DNA from: Chiloscyllium plagiosum
Taxonomy: Eukaryota
NCBI RefSeq assembly: GCF_004010195.1
Contig: NC_057728.1
Coordinates: forward strand, 41,013,821 to 41,077,820
Direction: 5' to 3'
DNA: 64,000 bases
The position numbers and the translations under genes are program-made. Shown here piece by piece: positions 63,591-64,000 of this stretch. Each line of letters starts with the position of its first letter. The stretch's first letter is position 1. The notes under the pieces are model-generated. The model made no database searches. It saw only the letters and a program-made list of their open reading frames with translations, and was not told the origin of the DNA.

Positions 63591-64000
63591 CAAGCTGCAC
63601 TTACCACAAAATTAACTCTTAATTTTTTCACATGAACTTGAAGTCATTTGATGCTCAGCCATTGCTACCCACTCTGATCAAACAAACATCTTTCATCAGT
63701 CACGTTTTCTAGTCCGGTCTGGAAGAAATGTCCAGGTTGTAATACTATGTTAAACACCACCATGAGATCCAGCAATGCAATTTGATGGATACATGAGATG
63801 AGGGTTTATAGCATGCAGCGAGATCAGGCCAAATCATTGCTCCTGCAGTGAGGACTGACATTTAGACAGTGAGCTATAATCTAGTTGTCTCCTTTGTAAC
63901 TCACTGTAGTTGAATGTTTGTAAATTGCAATGTGCAGCCAAGAAAGTTAAGTTATTCTGCCAGTTATGTGTCATCATGAGTCACATCGAGGTTGGTAGCA

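Noticed and set aside
1..64000. CRISPR arrays, rRNA, further host exons (e.g. PDZ-coding), remaining 60-130 aa ORFs
   Set aside because: No regular repeat-spacer units or recognisable motifs; remaining ORFs overlap TEs or look random. Small exons could have been missed by eye

Overview
This is AT-rich, repeat-dense vertebrate DNA. The HE1-type V-SINEs and HER1/CR1-type LINEs point to a cartilaginous fish (shark); this is inferred from repeat families. Almost all of it is intronic or intergenic. The one credible host coding exon is 32735-32867 (+): strong Kozak ATG, 44 codons, phase-1 GTAAGT donor. From memory it resembles an alternative N-terminal exon of GRIP1, which needs BLAST confirmation. 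The rest is CR1, L2 and Rex1/Babar LINE fragments, three SINE families, a solo LTR, a Tigger-like end and many Penelope-like element (PLE) pieces, including a ~2.3 kb RT-bearing copy at 53186-55455. The most striking structure is a set of ~170-225 bp foldback inserts built from two inverted PLE 3' ends. They are flanked by 11-15 bp target-site duplications (TSDs), carry minimal hammerhead-ribozyme cores, usually on both strands, and mostly have one arm overhanging by ~35-38 nt. Five sequence-distinct PLE end families in the window show hammerhead motifs with different stems. There is a 240-N assembly gap at 53556-53795. Boundaries of old repeats are approximate and were read by eye.
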